Part shown: in pieces, positions 20,510 to 31,433 of the stretch
How positions within the stretch are numbered: the first letter of the stretch is position 1
Layout of the letters: every line of letters begins with the position of its first letter
NCBI GenBank assembly: GCA_038143065.1
Contig: JAYQLI010000035.1
Location: forward strand, 352,001 to 416,000
DNA: 64,000 nucleotides
Origin: Rhodospirillales bacterium
Lineage (GTDB): Bacteria; Pseudomonadota; Alphaproteobacteria; Bin95
Reading direction: 5' to 3'
The notes under the pieces: model-generated
What the model was told of the DNA's origin: nothing
What the model saw: the letters and a program-made list of their open reading frames with translations, nothing else
Databases searched by the model: none
Position numbers and translations under genes: made by a program

Positions 20510-21717
20510 TTAGGATCCTTTAAGAGCGGCGATGCGTAATCTTAATGCGTTCAGCTTAATAAAGCCTTCAGCGTCTTTCTGATCGTAAACAGTATCTGCC
20601 TCAAATGTTGCGTAGTCCGCATCATAAAGGCTGTTAGGAGATTTACGTCCTACAACAGAAGCCAAACCTTTGAACAATTTTAACCTTACAACTCCGTTGA
20701 CCAACTTTTGGCTTTCATCAATCGCAGCCTGTAACATTTTACGTTCTGGTGAGAACCAAAAACCGTTGTAAACAAGCTCTGCATATCTGGGCATTAGTTC
20801 ATCTTTTTGGTGCATTGCACCACGGTCCAAGCATAATGTCTCAAGCCCACGGCGAGCAACAAAGAGCACAGTGCCGCCAGGGGTTTCGTACACACCTCTA
20901 GACTTCATACCAACAAATCGGTTTTCTACTATATCCAGTCTACCAATTCCGTGTTTTCCACCCAATTCGTTTAATCGGGTAAGCAAGTCACTGGGAGACA
21001 ATCGAATGCCATCGACTGCCACAGGGTCCCCAGACTTAAATTCAATTTCTACATATTGGGGAGTATTTGGTGCTTTTTCTGGGGCAACTGAGCGAGTGTA
21101 CATATCCTCATCTGCCTCAACCCATGGATCCTCTAGAGCCTTACCTTCGTAAGAAATATGAAGAAGGTTAGCATCAGTAGAGTAGGGAGCCTCACCGCGC
21201 TTGTCTTTTGCAATTGGGATCTGCCGGGCTTCTGCATATTCCAGAAGCTTGGTTCGGGAATTAAGGTCCCATTCTCTCCATGGAGCTATCACTTTTATGT
21301 CAGGCTTAAGGGCATAATAGCCAAGTTCAAAACGAATTTGATCGTTCCCTTTCCTGTGGCTCCGTGAGCAACAGCATCGGCACCGGTCTCTATAGCTATT
21401 TCGATTTGTCTCTTTGCAATGAGGGGTCGGGCGATAGACGTACCTAGTAAATAAGTTCCTTCATAAAGAGCGTTGGCTCTGAACATCGGAAAAACAAAGT
21501 CTCTAACGAATTCTTCTCTGAGATCATCAATAAAGATCTCATTAACGCCCATACTTTGGGCTTTTGCTCTTGCTGGCTCGAGTTCTTCACCTTGCCCAAG
21601 ATCTGCAGTAAACGTGACAACTTCAGCTTTGTATGTTTCACGCAACCAATGCAAGATTACAGAGGTGTCTAGACCTCCCGAATAGGCAAGGACTATCTTG
21701 CGGACTGGTTCAGACAT
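20510..21717 (-). CDS. argG: Argininosuccinate synthase (frameshift ~21350)
   Basis: [45 protein letters not shown]. Confidence 0.97.
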
Positions 21718-21849
21718 TTGAAAAAAACCTCTGATCATTTTTTCTGATTTATCAAATGTCGAAATACACCTAAACGGCGCTAGGCCATAGCAGTCGACGA
21801 GAGACGCATTGTCTCAAGGTGGATTTATATCTCGAGAGTTCTTATTGCG

Positions 21850-21868
21850 ATTGAGAATGATTTGCAAT
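21850..21868. promoter_or_regulatory. Fur-like iron-responsive operator
   Basis: 19-bp imperfect palindrome ATTGAGAATGATTTGCAAT just upstream of an Fe3+-type ABC ATPase. Confidence 0.55.
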
Positions 21869-21880
21869 AACTTAATTCTT

Positions 21881-23046
21881 ATGAATTTCCTCACCCGCAA
21901 AAATCTTGATGTAAAAGTCGCTGATGCATTCAGTGGAGGCATTGCATCCAAGCTTGCGAAAAGGTCGGATGTTTGCGGGATTGATGCTGGGGAAAGCAAA
22001 TTTAGTGTATTAGAGGTTGCGTCTATCACGCATGGCTTCAGTGATGGCACAAAGGTGCTCCAGGACTTCTCTATCAAAATGGGTGCTGGGGAAATTATTT
22101 CTCTCTTAGGTCCATCTGGTTGCGGGAAAACAACGACATTACGTTTAATTGCAGGGTTGGAACCTCTTCAAGAGGGTACGATCAAGATTGGCGGCTTAAC
22201 AGCCAGTAGTGAAGACAGCCATACTCCGCCAGAAAATCGAAACGTCGGAATGATGTTTCAGGACTATGCTTTGTTTCCCCATTTGTCTGTGTTCGATAAC
22301 GTCATGTTCGGCCTTGGAAATCTTCCAAAGGATGAGAGGCGAGATCGTGCTACTAAGGCTTTAGCTGACGTAGGTTTATCTGAACATCGAGACCGTAAGC
22401 CCGCAACCCTAAGCGGTGGGCAACAACAGCGGGTGGCTCTTGCTAGAGCCATAGCGCCCAATCCACAGCTTCTGCTGCTTGATGAGCCATTTTCTGATCT
22501 AGATACTGTACTCCGTCGTAATGTGCGGACCGATACAATAAGAGTTTTGAAGTCTGCAGGAGTAGGGGCCCTTATGGTCACTCATGACCCTGAAGAAGCC
22601 TTGTATATGTCGGACAGAATTGCGGTTATGAAAGATGGCCGGATCGAACAAATTGGTCCACCAATGGACTTGTATAATAATCCAAGTTCTCTTTACGTCG
22701 CGCGTCTGTTTACGGAAATCAATGAGTTCACAGGAATTGTGAAGAATGGAATGGTTGAGACTCCCCTAGGTTTAGCTCCTGCGTCAGAACTGAAGGATGG
22801 TGAGTTGGCTACAGTAATGATAAGGCCAGAGCATGTATTGATAGGGATGAAGCTAAAGCTATTCCAGGCGCAGTAGATTCTAGTCTGGGCCTCTTAAAGT
22901 ATCTTGGTCGCGATGCCGTGATGCAGGCAAAATTAAATAATGGTGACGAAGTTCTAATACGAACAGATGTTAGAAATTTACCCATAGACACGTCATCAGT
23001 GCCCGTTGCGCTGGATGTTAAGAATTCGATTAGCTTTAAAAAGTAG
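21881..23046 (+). CDS. ABC ATPase, FbpC/PotA (Fe3+/polyamine) family (3' frameshift; start uncertain)
   Basis: GPSGCGKTT, FQDYALFPHL, LSGGQQQR, VTHDPEEA; TOBE-like tail continues in another frame to TAG at 23046. Confidence 0.85.
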
Positions 23047-23189
23047 TGGAATCACTACCTGCGACGCCTCAGCGCGTTCTGCGAAAATCTCTCGTCATAT
23101 TGCATCGCTTATACTACTTTACTCGCAGACCATACAGTTTTCTCTCAACGGTTCCCGTTCAGCCTTGTGCGAGGTTAAGGAGAAGTCCC

Positions 23190-23420
23190 ATGGGTATTAG
23201 CGTTTGGCAAATTCTACTAATAGTCCTTGTTGGTATTCTGTTGTTTGGGGCTGGGAGATTGCCTCGCTTAATGGGAGACATGGCTAAAGGGATAAAAAGC
23301 TTTCGTGAGGGCATGAAAGAAGAAATTTCTGATGACTCGTCACAGATATCAAAGCTAGACAACCTAAAAGATACTGTTAGTCAGAATTTAGACAGTAAAA
23401 AAGACGTTACTGATAAGTAA
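23190..23420 (+). CDS. tatA: Twin-arginine translocase TatA
   Basis: AAGGAG RBS; MGISVWQILLIVLVGILLFGAGRLPRLMGDMAKGIKSFR. Confidence 0.95.
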   Translation: MGISVWQILLIVLVGILLFGAGRLPRLMGDMAKGIKSFREGMKEEISDDSSQISKLDNLKDTVSQNLDSKKDVTDK

Positions 23421-23459
23421 TAGTGCCAATGGAGCTGATTTTCTTGGTTGAACCTAGAC

Positions 23460-23855
23460 ATGTTTGACTTGGGATGGAGCGAGTTCCTGTTGGTTGGATT
23501 AGTCGCCCTTGTAGTTATTGGGCCACGTGAGCTACCGGCAGCCTTGAGGACACTAGGAAATATGGTAGCTCGTGTGCGGTTTTTGGTGGAGGAATTTCGC
23601 TCTGGTATCAATGACTTTGTCCAGCAATCAGAGGATGGGATGCCGTCAATAGATCCGAATAGTTTTACTCCGTTACCAGACGATAATTTAGAACAAAACA
23701 AGCTGTCTTCTAAAGATTTGAATAAGAGTGATGCAACGTCCGAGAGCATGGAAGGCTTGGTTAACCCTGAAAAGGTTTCCAACTCTGCTCCAAAGAAAAA
23801 TGATAATGCGTCATCCAGTTCAGTTAGTACCGCTGGAAAGGTGCTGTCAGAATGA
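23460..23855 (+). CDS. tatB: Twin-arginine translocase TatB
   Basis: MFDLGWSEFLLVGLVALVVIGPRELP. Confidence 0.95.
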   Translation: MFDLGWSEFLLVGLVALVVIGPRELPAALRTLGNMVARVRFLVEEFRSGINDFVQQSEDGMPSIDPNSFTPLPDDNLEQNKLSSKDLNKSDATSESMEGLVNPEKVSNSAPKKNDNASSSSVSTAGKVLSE

Positions 23856-24635
23856 CTGGAGCTGAGGCTGATCTAAAGTCGTCCATTTTAGAGCACTTAA
23901 TAGAGTTACGCCGTCGGCTTCTCTGGTCAGTAGTAGCTTTACTTGTTTCGTTTGCTTTGTGTTGGAATTTTGCAGGTCAAATTTTTGAATTTCTAGCGCG
24001 ACCGTTAATCGAAGCGTTTGGCGATAAAGCAGACGCTAAGTTAATCTACACTAGCTTAACGGAAAAATTTTTCGTTGACGTAAAAGTTGATTCTATGCAG
24101 CTTTATTCATCACGTTTCCAATAATTGGAAATCATTTATGGAAATTCATAGCGCCCGGATTGTATAAAAATGAACAGGGTGCGTTATTGCCCTATCTTGT
24201 AATCTCGCCAGTTCTTTTTTTTCTTGGCGCCATGGTCGTATATTTTGGCATTATGCCGCTGGCATGGAAATTTTTCCTGAGTTATCAATCTATTGGTCAG
24301 CAAGGTGCCAACGAAAATTTTGTTGAAATCGTAGCGCTTCCAAAGGTTTCAGAATACCTGAGTTTGGTAATTAAATTAATTTTTGCCTTTGGGCTTTTTT
24401 TCAATTGCCAGTGGTTCTTTCACTGCTATCAAGGGCTGGTATTGTAACAGCGGATTGGTTAGCCAAAAGAAGAAGATATGCCATTGTATCATTATTTTTA
24501 TTGGCAGCTATTCTTACGCCTCCCGACATAGTCAGTCAGATAGGTCTCGCCGTCCCAGGTATATTGTTATACGAGATTTCTATCTTGTGTGCGCGCAGGA
24601 TTGAGCGCAGTCGGGATCAATCCCAGTCTTCTTAG
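23852..24635 (+). CDS. tatC: Twin-arginine translocase TatC (two frameshifts)
   Basis: EHLIELRRRL, PGLYKNE, AAILTPPDIVSQ, LLYEISI across three ORFs. Confidence 0.93.
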
Positions 24636-24723
24636 GATACTCCTCCCGGAATACTCCCTAGACGACAGAGGTTATGGACGTTAGACAACACGAAATAACA
24701 GTTATTTTAAGGTTTAGAATTTC

Positions 24724-26001
24724 ATGTTGGACGTGCGCTGGGCAAGGGATAATCCCGAAGCATTAGATAAAGCGTTAGCAATGCGTGGTGCTGCCCCAAT
24801 TTCTTCAAGAGTCCTTGAATTAGATGCGTCACGTCGTCTTGCGCAAACAGAATTTCAAGAAGCCCAGAGTCAAAGACGGGAAGCTTCAAAACTCATTGGT
24901 CAGGCAAAAGCGCGAGGAGATGATGCAACAGAAGCTCTTGCTCTGGTTGCTAGTCTTAAAGAGACCGCTGATGGTGCTGAGGCAGAAGAAAAACGTATTG
25001 CAAAAGAACTAGATGATTTGCTTGCCGGACTTCCAAATTTACCGATGGACGATGTTCCTTTTGGTGTAGACGAAAGTCAGAATATTGAAATTCGTAAAGT
25101 AGGAGTTCCTCGAGAGTTTGATTTTAAACCGAGAGATCATGTGGCGTTAGGAAGTCCGTTGGGTATGGACTTTGAAGTGGGCACAAAACTTTCAGGTGCT
25201 CGCTTTGTCGCGATGCGAGGGGCAATGGCTCGCCTAGAAAGGGCTCTTGCTCATTTTATGTTAGACCTTCATGTAGCAGAGCATGGGTTCACGGAAGTCA
25301 GACCTCCATTATTGGTCCGTGACGAAGCAATGTTCGGCACTGGCCAATTACCCAAATTTGCTGAAGATCTGTTTCGAACCACCGATGGGCGGTGGTTAAT
25401 TCCAACTGCTGAGGTGCCACTTACCAACATGATCGCCGGAGAAATTCTTGACCCTGCACAATTACCGATACGTATGACGGCACATACGCCTTGTTTTCGT
25501 TCTGAAGCTGGTGCAGCTGGGAGAGATACTCGCGGAATGATCCGAATGCACCAATTTGATAAGGTGGAACTTGTCAGCATAGTAGAGCCCGGTGAAGGGG
25601 TATCAGAACTCGAACGGATGACAGCAGCAGCGGAAGCAGTTCTTAAACATCTGGATCTTCCATATCGTACAGTCCTTCTATGCACTGGTGACATGGGATT
25701 TGGTGCGCGTAAGACCTACGACCTTGAGGTTTGGTTACCATCGCAAGAAACATATAGAGAAATTTCTAGCTGCTCATTTTGTGGAGATTTTCAGGCGCGT
25801 AGGATGAATTCGCGAGTTCGGCGGATGGGAGAAAAAGGTACGTTATTTGTGGAGACCTTGAACGGTTCAGGTGTTGCTGTTGGGCGTGCGCTGGTAGCAA
25901 TCTTAGAAAACGGGCAGCAAGCAGATGGTTCGGTTATTCTCCCAAAAGTTCTGCATCCATATATGAATGGCCTTGAGCTTTTAACTCCAGGTGAGGACTG
26001 A
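24724..26001 (+). CDS. serS: Serine--tRNA ligase
   Basis: [42 protein letters not shown]. Confidence 0.98.
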   Translation: MLDVRWARDNPEALDKALAMRGAAPISSRVLELDASRRLAQTEFQEAQSQRREASKLIGQAKARGDDATEALALVASLKETADGAEAEEKRIAKELDDLLAGLPNLPMDDVPFGVDESQNIEIRKVGVPREFDFKPRDHVALGSPLGMDFEVGTKLSGARFVAMRGAMARLERALAHFMLDLHVAEHGFTEVRPPLLVRDEAMFGTGQLPKFAEDLFRTTDGRWLIPTAEVPLTNMIAGEILDPAQLPIRMTAHTPCFRSEAGAAGRDTRGMIRMHQFDKVELVSIVEPGEGVSELERMTAAAEAVLKHLDLPYRTVLLCTGDMGFGARKTYDLEVWLPSQETYREISSCSFCGDFQARRMNSRVRRMGEKGTLFVETLNGSGVAVGRALVAILENGQQADGSVILPKVLHPYMNGLELLTPGED

Positions 26002-26003
26002 AA

Positions 26004-26798
26004 GTGTCTAAGCCAGTTTCATGGCAAATCAATCTGCAGGGTTCTAAAGTCCTGCTACTTAATGATGATGGGATTAATGCCCCGGGTTTAAAGATTCTTA
26101 AGGATCTGCTGCAGCCGCATGTTGGAGAACTCTGGGTAGTTGCTCCTGAAAAGGAAGAGAGTGGCACTAGTCACGCAATTTCCCTACATCGCCCCTTGCG
26201 GATTAGGAAAATTGAAGAGCGCCGTTTTGCGGTAGATGGATTGCCTGCGGATGCAGCAATTTTGGCCTTAGGGCATATAATGAGAGACAGTCCTCCTGAT
26301 TTAGTTATTTCTGGTATTAACCGTGGGGCTAATCTTGGGGATGATGTTGGCTACTCAGGGACAGTCGGCGCAGCTATGGAAGCGGCTCTCTCTGGCCTGC
26401 CAGCTTTATCATTGAGCCTCTGTCGTACCCCACCTGCAAAGACACGATGGGATACAGTTGAAAAACATTTGGTGTCGACATTAACTTGGGTTTTATCAGA
26501 GGCGTGGCCCCTAGGAGCTGTGCTTAATATAAATTTTCCAGATAGGGTTCCAACGGAAATCAAAGGTAAGCGTTATACCCGATTAGGCCGTCGTAAACCT
26601 GGTGGCGAAATTGTCGAGCGTACAGACCCAGCTGGAAGGCCCTATTATTGGATAGGGTCTAAAAGGGTATTAGGTGAGGTTTTTAATGATACGGATATCG
26701 CGGCGACTGATCAGGGCTATATTTCCGTTACCCCTCTAACTTTTGATTTAACTGACAAAGAAGCTCTTTCAAAAGTCCAACCGGGCATGTTGCTATGA
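26004..26798 (+). CDS. surE: 5'/3'-nucleotidase SurE
   Basis: NDDGINAPG, SGINRGANLG, YSGTVGAA. Confidence 0.95.
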   Translation: MSKPVSWQINLQGSKVLLLNDDGINAPGLKILKDLLQPHVGELWVVAPEKEESGTSHAISLHRPLRIRKIEERRFAVDGLPADAAILALGHIMRDSPPDLVISGINRGANLGDDVGYSGTVGAAMEAALSGLPALSLSLCRTPPAKTRWDTVEKHLVSTLTWVLSEAWPLGAVLNINFPDRVPTEIKGKRYTRLGRRKPGGEIVERTDPAGRPYYWIGSKRVLGEVFNDTDIAATDQGYISVTPLTFDLTDKEALSKVQPGMLL

Positions 26799-27451
26799 AC
26801 TTGGATGGCCGTCGTATCCGCATGGTCATGGAATTGCGCCGTCTTGGCGTTACAGATCCGCGGGTCCTTGGAGCTATGGAGCGTTGTCGAGAGAAAACTT
26901 TTTTATCTTCCGCATGGATAGATCAAGCATACGATGACCGGCCTCTGCCCATTGGGCATCAACAGACTATAAGCCAGCCCAGTATCGTCGGTCATATGCT
27001 TCAGGCTTTAGATTTACATCCTAATCACCGAGTTCTCGAAATTGGGGTTGGCTCGGGGTATCAAACAGCGCTTTTATCTAGCTTATGTAGAGCTGTGTAT
27101 GGAATTGAGAGAATTAAGGTTCTTCTCGATGATGCAGAGAAACGTTTGTCAAAGCTTGGGGTAAGAAATGCATTTCTCAGATGGGGTGATGGTGGTGTAG
27201 GTTGGCCAGAAGCGGCACCCTATGATCGAATTGTAGCAGCAGCGACTGCTGATGATGTGCCTGGCGCACTTGCTGATCAACTAAAGCCTGGTGGGATTAT
27301 TGTTCTTCCCATAAAAGAAGCGGGCGGGGAGCAAAATATTTGGCGGGTGTCGCGCCACGAAAATGGATTTAAAACAGAAAGTGTCTGCAGGGCGCCGTTT
27401 GTTCCATTCTTATCGGGTGTGGTTAATAGTGAATTCAGGGAAGGTGCCTAA
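26795..27451 (+). CDS. pcm: Protein-L-isoaspartate O-methyltransferase
   Basis: QTISQP, VLEIGVGSGYQ, APYDRI; synteny. Confidence 0.95.
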   Translation: MNLDGRRIRMVMELRRLGVTDPRVLGAMERCREKTFLSSAWIDQAYDDRPLPIGHQQTISQPSIVGHMLQALDLHPNHRVLEIGVGSGYQTALLSSLCRAVYGIERIKVLLDDAEKRLSKLGVRNAFLRWGDGGVGWPEAAPYDRIVAAATADDVPGALADQLKPGGIIVLPIKEAGGEQNIWRVSRHENGFKTESVCRAPFVPFLSGVVNSEFREGA

Positions 27452-28478
27452 TGGAACGCACTCGGCTTATTATTGCATGTTCACTATCTCTCACCCTTGC
27501 GGCTTGTGGTTCGGTAGAGTTTCAGGCCGATCCAAACGAAAAAAGTCCAGTTCAAGATCGGCTTTTGTTTTCGAGTTGAGCCCTGGTGGAGAAATAATAA
27601 CAGTTCAAACTGGGGATACGGTTAGTGAGCTTGCGGAGAGATATGACGCTACCGCTCGTCAAATTATCATAATCAACAATATTCGCCCCCCATATCAAAT
27701 CCAGTCTGGCCAGAAACTTCGTCTGCCGGCATCACAAAGGTTATATAGAGTTCAAGAAGGTGACTCATTAAGCGGGATTGCGGCTAAGTTTAAGGTTAAT
27801 TCAGAAGAAATTGCTGTTATCAATTTCTTGCCTCCTCCATACAGGTTGAATGAAGGAGATTGGCTTGGGATACCACTGTCTAATAGCGAAAAATCATTAC
27901 AAAACAAAGATTTACTATCAGGACAAAAGAAGTCATCAAAAAATCTTAAACCAGATAACGTAATAGTTACGACTGAGGACCTTGAGCCTCTATCGCTAGG
28001 TCGGGAACCGCTGGTATCGAGCAAAAAGGCTATCGTCAGTAAACGAGAAAGAAAATTAGGGGCATCCGTTGAAAGGGCTGCAAAAGCTAGCGGATTAGAG
28101 AAAGAATTTCTTACGCCGTTGGACGGGCCTGTCATTTCAGACTTCGGTAGTCAGGCGGACGGGCGCCGTAATGACGGAATCAATATTTCCGCACCAAAAG
28201 GAGCTCCCGTGCGATCCGTTCAAGATGGTGAAGTAATTTATTCAGGAGATGCCTTGCAGGGTTATGGGAACCTTGTGCTCATTAAGCATCGGGATGGTTA
28301 CGTTTCTGCGTATGCTCATATGGATAGCATATTAGCAAAAAGAGGCGTAACGGTGTCAAAAGGGCAAACCATAGGAACAGTGGGTTCCTCGGGCGGGGTC
28401 CCAAGTCCTCAACTTCATTTTGAACTTCGAAAAAATAATGTTGCTATAGACCCTGCAGCGCTATTTCCTAAAAGGTGA
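27451..28478 (+). CDS. nlpD: LysM + M23 peptidase lipoprotein (NlpD-like; frameshift at A-run ~27540)
   Basis: ATG 27451 gives MERTRLIIACSLSLTLAAC (lipobox); two LysM domains; degenerate M23 NDGIN, YAH, LHFE. Confidence 0.8.
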
Positions 28479-28481
28479 TAT

Positions 28482-29403
28482 TTAGGCTGCTTGGGCCAGT
28501 GAAAGTGCGGTTTCACGAGGCATTTTCCGCACGTGGCTGGCTTCTATCGCTGAAGGTATTGATGCTGCGATATCGCTAGCAAGCATCAATTTTTCTAAGT
28601 TGATCCCTGTCTGCATTCCCATTCTGTGTAACAGATAGATTACATCTTCACTCGGAATATTGCCGGATGCTCCAGGCGCATAGGGACATCCCCAAGCCTG
28701 CAACAGAGGTGTCAAAGCTTCTAAGTCCCGCTTCTAAGCCAGCAAGAATATTTGCAATGCCAAATCCTGATGTGTCGTGCCCATGAAATACGAAGGTTGC
28801 TGAATCCCCAAAGTGTTCTAATGCCTGTTTAGTCAATGATTTTACAGCCTGAGGAGTTGCCATCCCGGTCGTATCCGCCAGTGCAAACTCTAATCCACTG
28901 CGGAAGGTTAACATTTTTTCTATATTAGAGAGTGTTGTTGCTTCTGGTGTCAGGCCCTCAAATGGACAATGAAAAGACGTGGCTAAGCCAATGCGAAGAT
29001 TGAGTTTTTCCTCTGGGTCTACTTCGGAGAGAAGATAATTTAGGTCATCAAGGGATTCCGACGTGGGTCGGCCAACATTACTTTTGTTGTGCCCGTCGGT
29101 CATTGAAATGACCATCTCTAAATCTTTAATGCCATGAGAAAACGCACGACGAGCGCCTTTGGAATTAGGCACTAATGCCATTTTTACGATGTTTGGCATG
29201 GGGTGAAGACCTTGCACCACAGCATCCATATCTTGCATTTGTGGGATTGCCTTTGGACTAACAAACGATCCAATTTCCATTCTCGTCACACCCGCGTCCG
29301 CTATTGCATGTATTAAGGCAATTTTAGTTTCAGTCGGAACAAAGTCCGGAATATTTTGAAGACCATCACGTGGACCAACTTCAACAATTTCGACTTTCTC
29401 CAT
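28482..29403 (-). CDS. HMG-CoA lyase family protein (frameshift ~28690)
   Basis: EVGPRDGLQN, LADTTG, HGHDT, GCPYAPGASGN. Confidence 0.9.
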
Positions 29404-29463
29404 GATGAAGGTCTCCTTTTATTGCCTTTATCGTTCTAGGGTATCATTAATACTACTGGAGAT

Positions 29464-30642
29464 ATGATACTACGGAATCCAATGACAAAAATCCAACCAA
29501 TACAGCCGTTAGCAGGGTTTCGGGTTATTGACCTGACACGTGTCCTTTCTGGTCCCTTCGCCACACAAATACTGGGAGATCTGGGGGCCGATATCATTAA
29601 AATTGAAAGCTCTGAGGGTGACACCGTGCGTACCCAAGGGGATAAGGTCGATGGGTTCAGTTGGTACTTTGCGGGTTTCAACCGAAATAAGCGTTCCGTT
29701 GTACTTAATCTGAAAGCGGAAGAAGACAAAAGGCATCTAGAGGATCTGATTAAATCGGCTGACGTATTGATAGAAAATTTTCGTCCGGGGGTCATGGATA
29801 GATTAGGCCTTGGACCGGAACGACTGTCAGAGTTGCGGCCAGGACTGGTGACTTGCTCCGTTACGGGTTTTGGATCCTATGGTCCATACTCAAAGCGGCC
29901 AGCTTTTGATTTTATTGCTCAAGCGATGAGTGGTTTTATGAGTAGTAATGGTCGTGAAAGCGATCCACCTATGCGCTCAGGCTTACCAATCTCTGATCTT
30001 GTCACCGGCATATATGCTGCTTTGGGCGTAACCGCAGCTCTACTGCGTAGAGAACGAAACGGGGATGGTGACCACGTTGATGTAAGTCTTACAAATTCAA
30101 TGATTTCGTTATTGGCTTACTTGGCATCAAATTATTTTGCTTCAGGTCGAATAACGCCTCGCAGTGGAAATGATCATCCAATTGCCGCTCCCTACGGCCT
30201 ATTCGAAACAGCAGATACACCAATTGCTGTTGCGCCTAACGACGATGTTTTCTTTGGCCGTCTCATGGATGCATTGGAACTATCTGATTTAAAAATTGAT
30301 CCAGAGTTTGCCAACAACCACCTTCGAGTCAAAAATCGGGATCGTCTGAATGCGTTTGTTCTTGGTCGCCTCACCACCAACACTGCTAGCTACTGGGTTG
30401 AAAAGTTAAATGATGCTGGGGTGCCATGCAGTCATGTTTATGACATTGATGGTGTGTTTCTAGATCCACAGGTTCAAAGCCAAGAAATGTCTATACCGCT
30501 TCAGCACCCAAAGTATGGGGAAATTAAGGTTCTCGGCTTCCCAATGAAATTTAAAAATGCTCCGTGCCAAATAAGATTTCATCCACCAGATTTAGGTGAA
30601 AATACAGCCGATATACTGAACGAAGTGGGAGGAACTTCGTAA
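29464..30642 (+). CDS. CoA-transferase family III (CaiB/BaiF)
   Basis: DLTRVLSGP, LGADIIKIE, NRNKRS, ENFRPG, catalytic Asp in PISDLVTG. Confidence 0.9.
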   Translation: MILRNPMTKIQPIQPLAGFRVIDLTRVLSGPFATQILGDLGADIIKIESSEGDTVRTQGDKVDGFSWYFAGFNRNKRSVVLNLKAEEDKRHLEDLIKSADVLIENFRPGVMDRLGLGPERLSELRPGLVTCSVTGFGSYGPYSKRPAFDFIAQAMSGFMSSNGRESDPPMRSGLPISDLVTGIYAALGVTAALLRRERNGDGDHVDVSLTNSMISLLAYLASNYFASGRITPRSGNDHPIAAPYGLFETADTPIAVAPNDDVFFGRLMDALELSDLKIDPEFANNHLRVKNRDRLNAFVLGRLTTNTASYWVEKLNDAGVPCSHVYDIDGVFLDPQVQSQEMSIPLQHPKYGEIKVLGFPMKFKNAPCQIRFHPPDLGENTADILNEVGGTS

Positions 30643-30644
30643 GT

Positions 30645-31391
30645 TTAAACGTGCTGGCCACCGTTTATATGAACCTCAGCTCCGTTAACGTATGAAGCTG
30701 GCCCGGTGCATAAAAAATATATTGTTGCCGCTACTTCTTCAGGCTTCCCTAGTCGTTTCATAGGTATTTCGCGATTGACGAGTTCTTCTGTACCGGGTGA
30801 AAGGATAGAGGTATCTATCTCACCTGGTGCGATAGCATTAACTCTCACACCGCGTTCTCCAAATTCTGCAGCCATTTCTCTGGTTAAGGCAGCTAGGGCA
30901 GCTTTTGAAGTTGCGTATGCGGCACCGGCAAAAGGGTGTACTCGTGTTCCTGCAATAGATGTTACGTTGACTATAACACCTTTTGCAGCGGTCAATTCTT
31001 CGATCAGACTTTGACCTAACATGGCAACTGAAAAAAAGTTTACTGCAAAGACCTGCCTCCAAGCCGTTAAATTTGTATCAAGAACACCCATTCGGCTGCT
31101 GTTAGATAACTTGGGAGAGATCGCTGCATTATTAACCATTGCATCTAATCTGCCGCTTGGAAGTCTTTCCTTTATGGCAGCAATTGCTAATGGCAGAGAA
31201 TCAAGGTCTGAAAGGTCTAGCTGAATGTGATTGTCTCGACCGCCATCCCATGGGCAGTCCTCGGAAAATGGTTGCCGAGACACGGTTAACACCCGCCAGC
31301 CCGCGGCGCCAAAACGCTTTACAGTGGCGTGGCCAATACCGCGACTGGCCCCCGTCAAAAGTATGGTGCGTAACGGCTCGTTTGAATTCAT
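30645..31391 (-). CDS. SDR oxidoreductase (FixR-like)
   Basis: TGASRGIG, VHPFAGAAYATSKAAL, NGAEVHINGGQHV. Confidence 0.85.
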   Translation of the reverse strand: MNSNEPLRTILLTGASRGIGHATVKRFGAAGWRVLTVSRQPFSEDCPWDGGRDNHIQLDLSDLDSLPLAIAAIKERLPSGRLDAMVNNAAISPKLSNSSRMGVLDTNLTAWRQVFAVNFFSVAMLGQSLIEELTAAKGVIVNVTSIAGTRVHPFAGAAYATSKAALAALTREMAAEFGERGVRVNAIAPGEIDTSILSPGTEELVNREIPMKRLGKPEEVAATIYFLCTGPASYVNGAEVHINGGQHV

Positions 31392-31433
31392 AATTTTTGC
31401 CGTTTTCGGTTAGTACTTAAGTTATCGATACTC

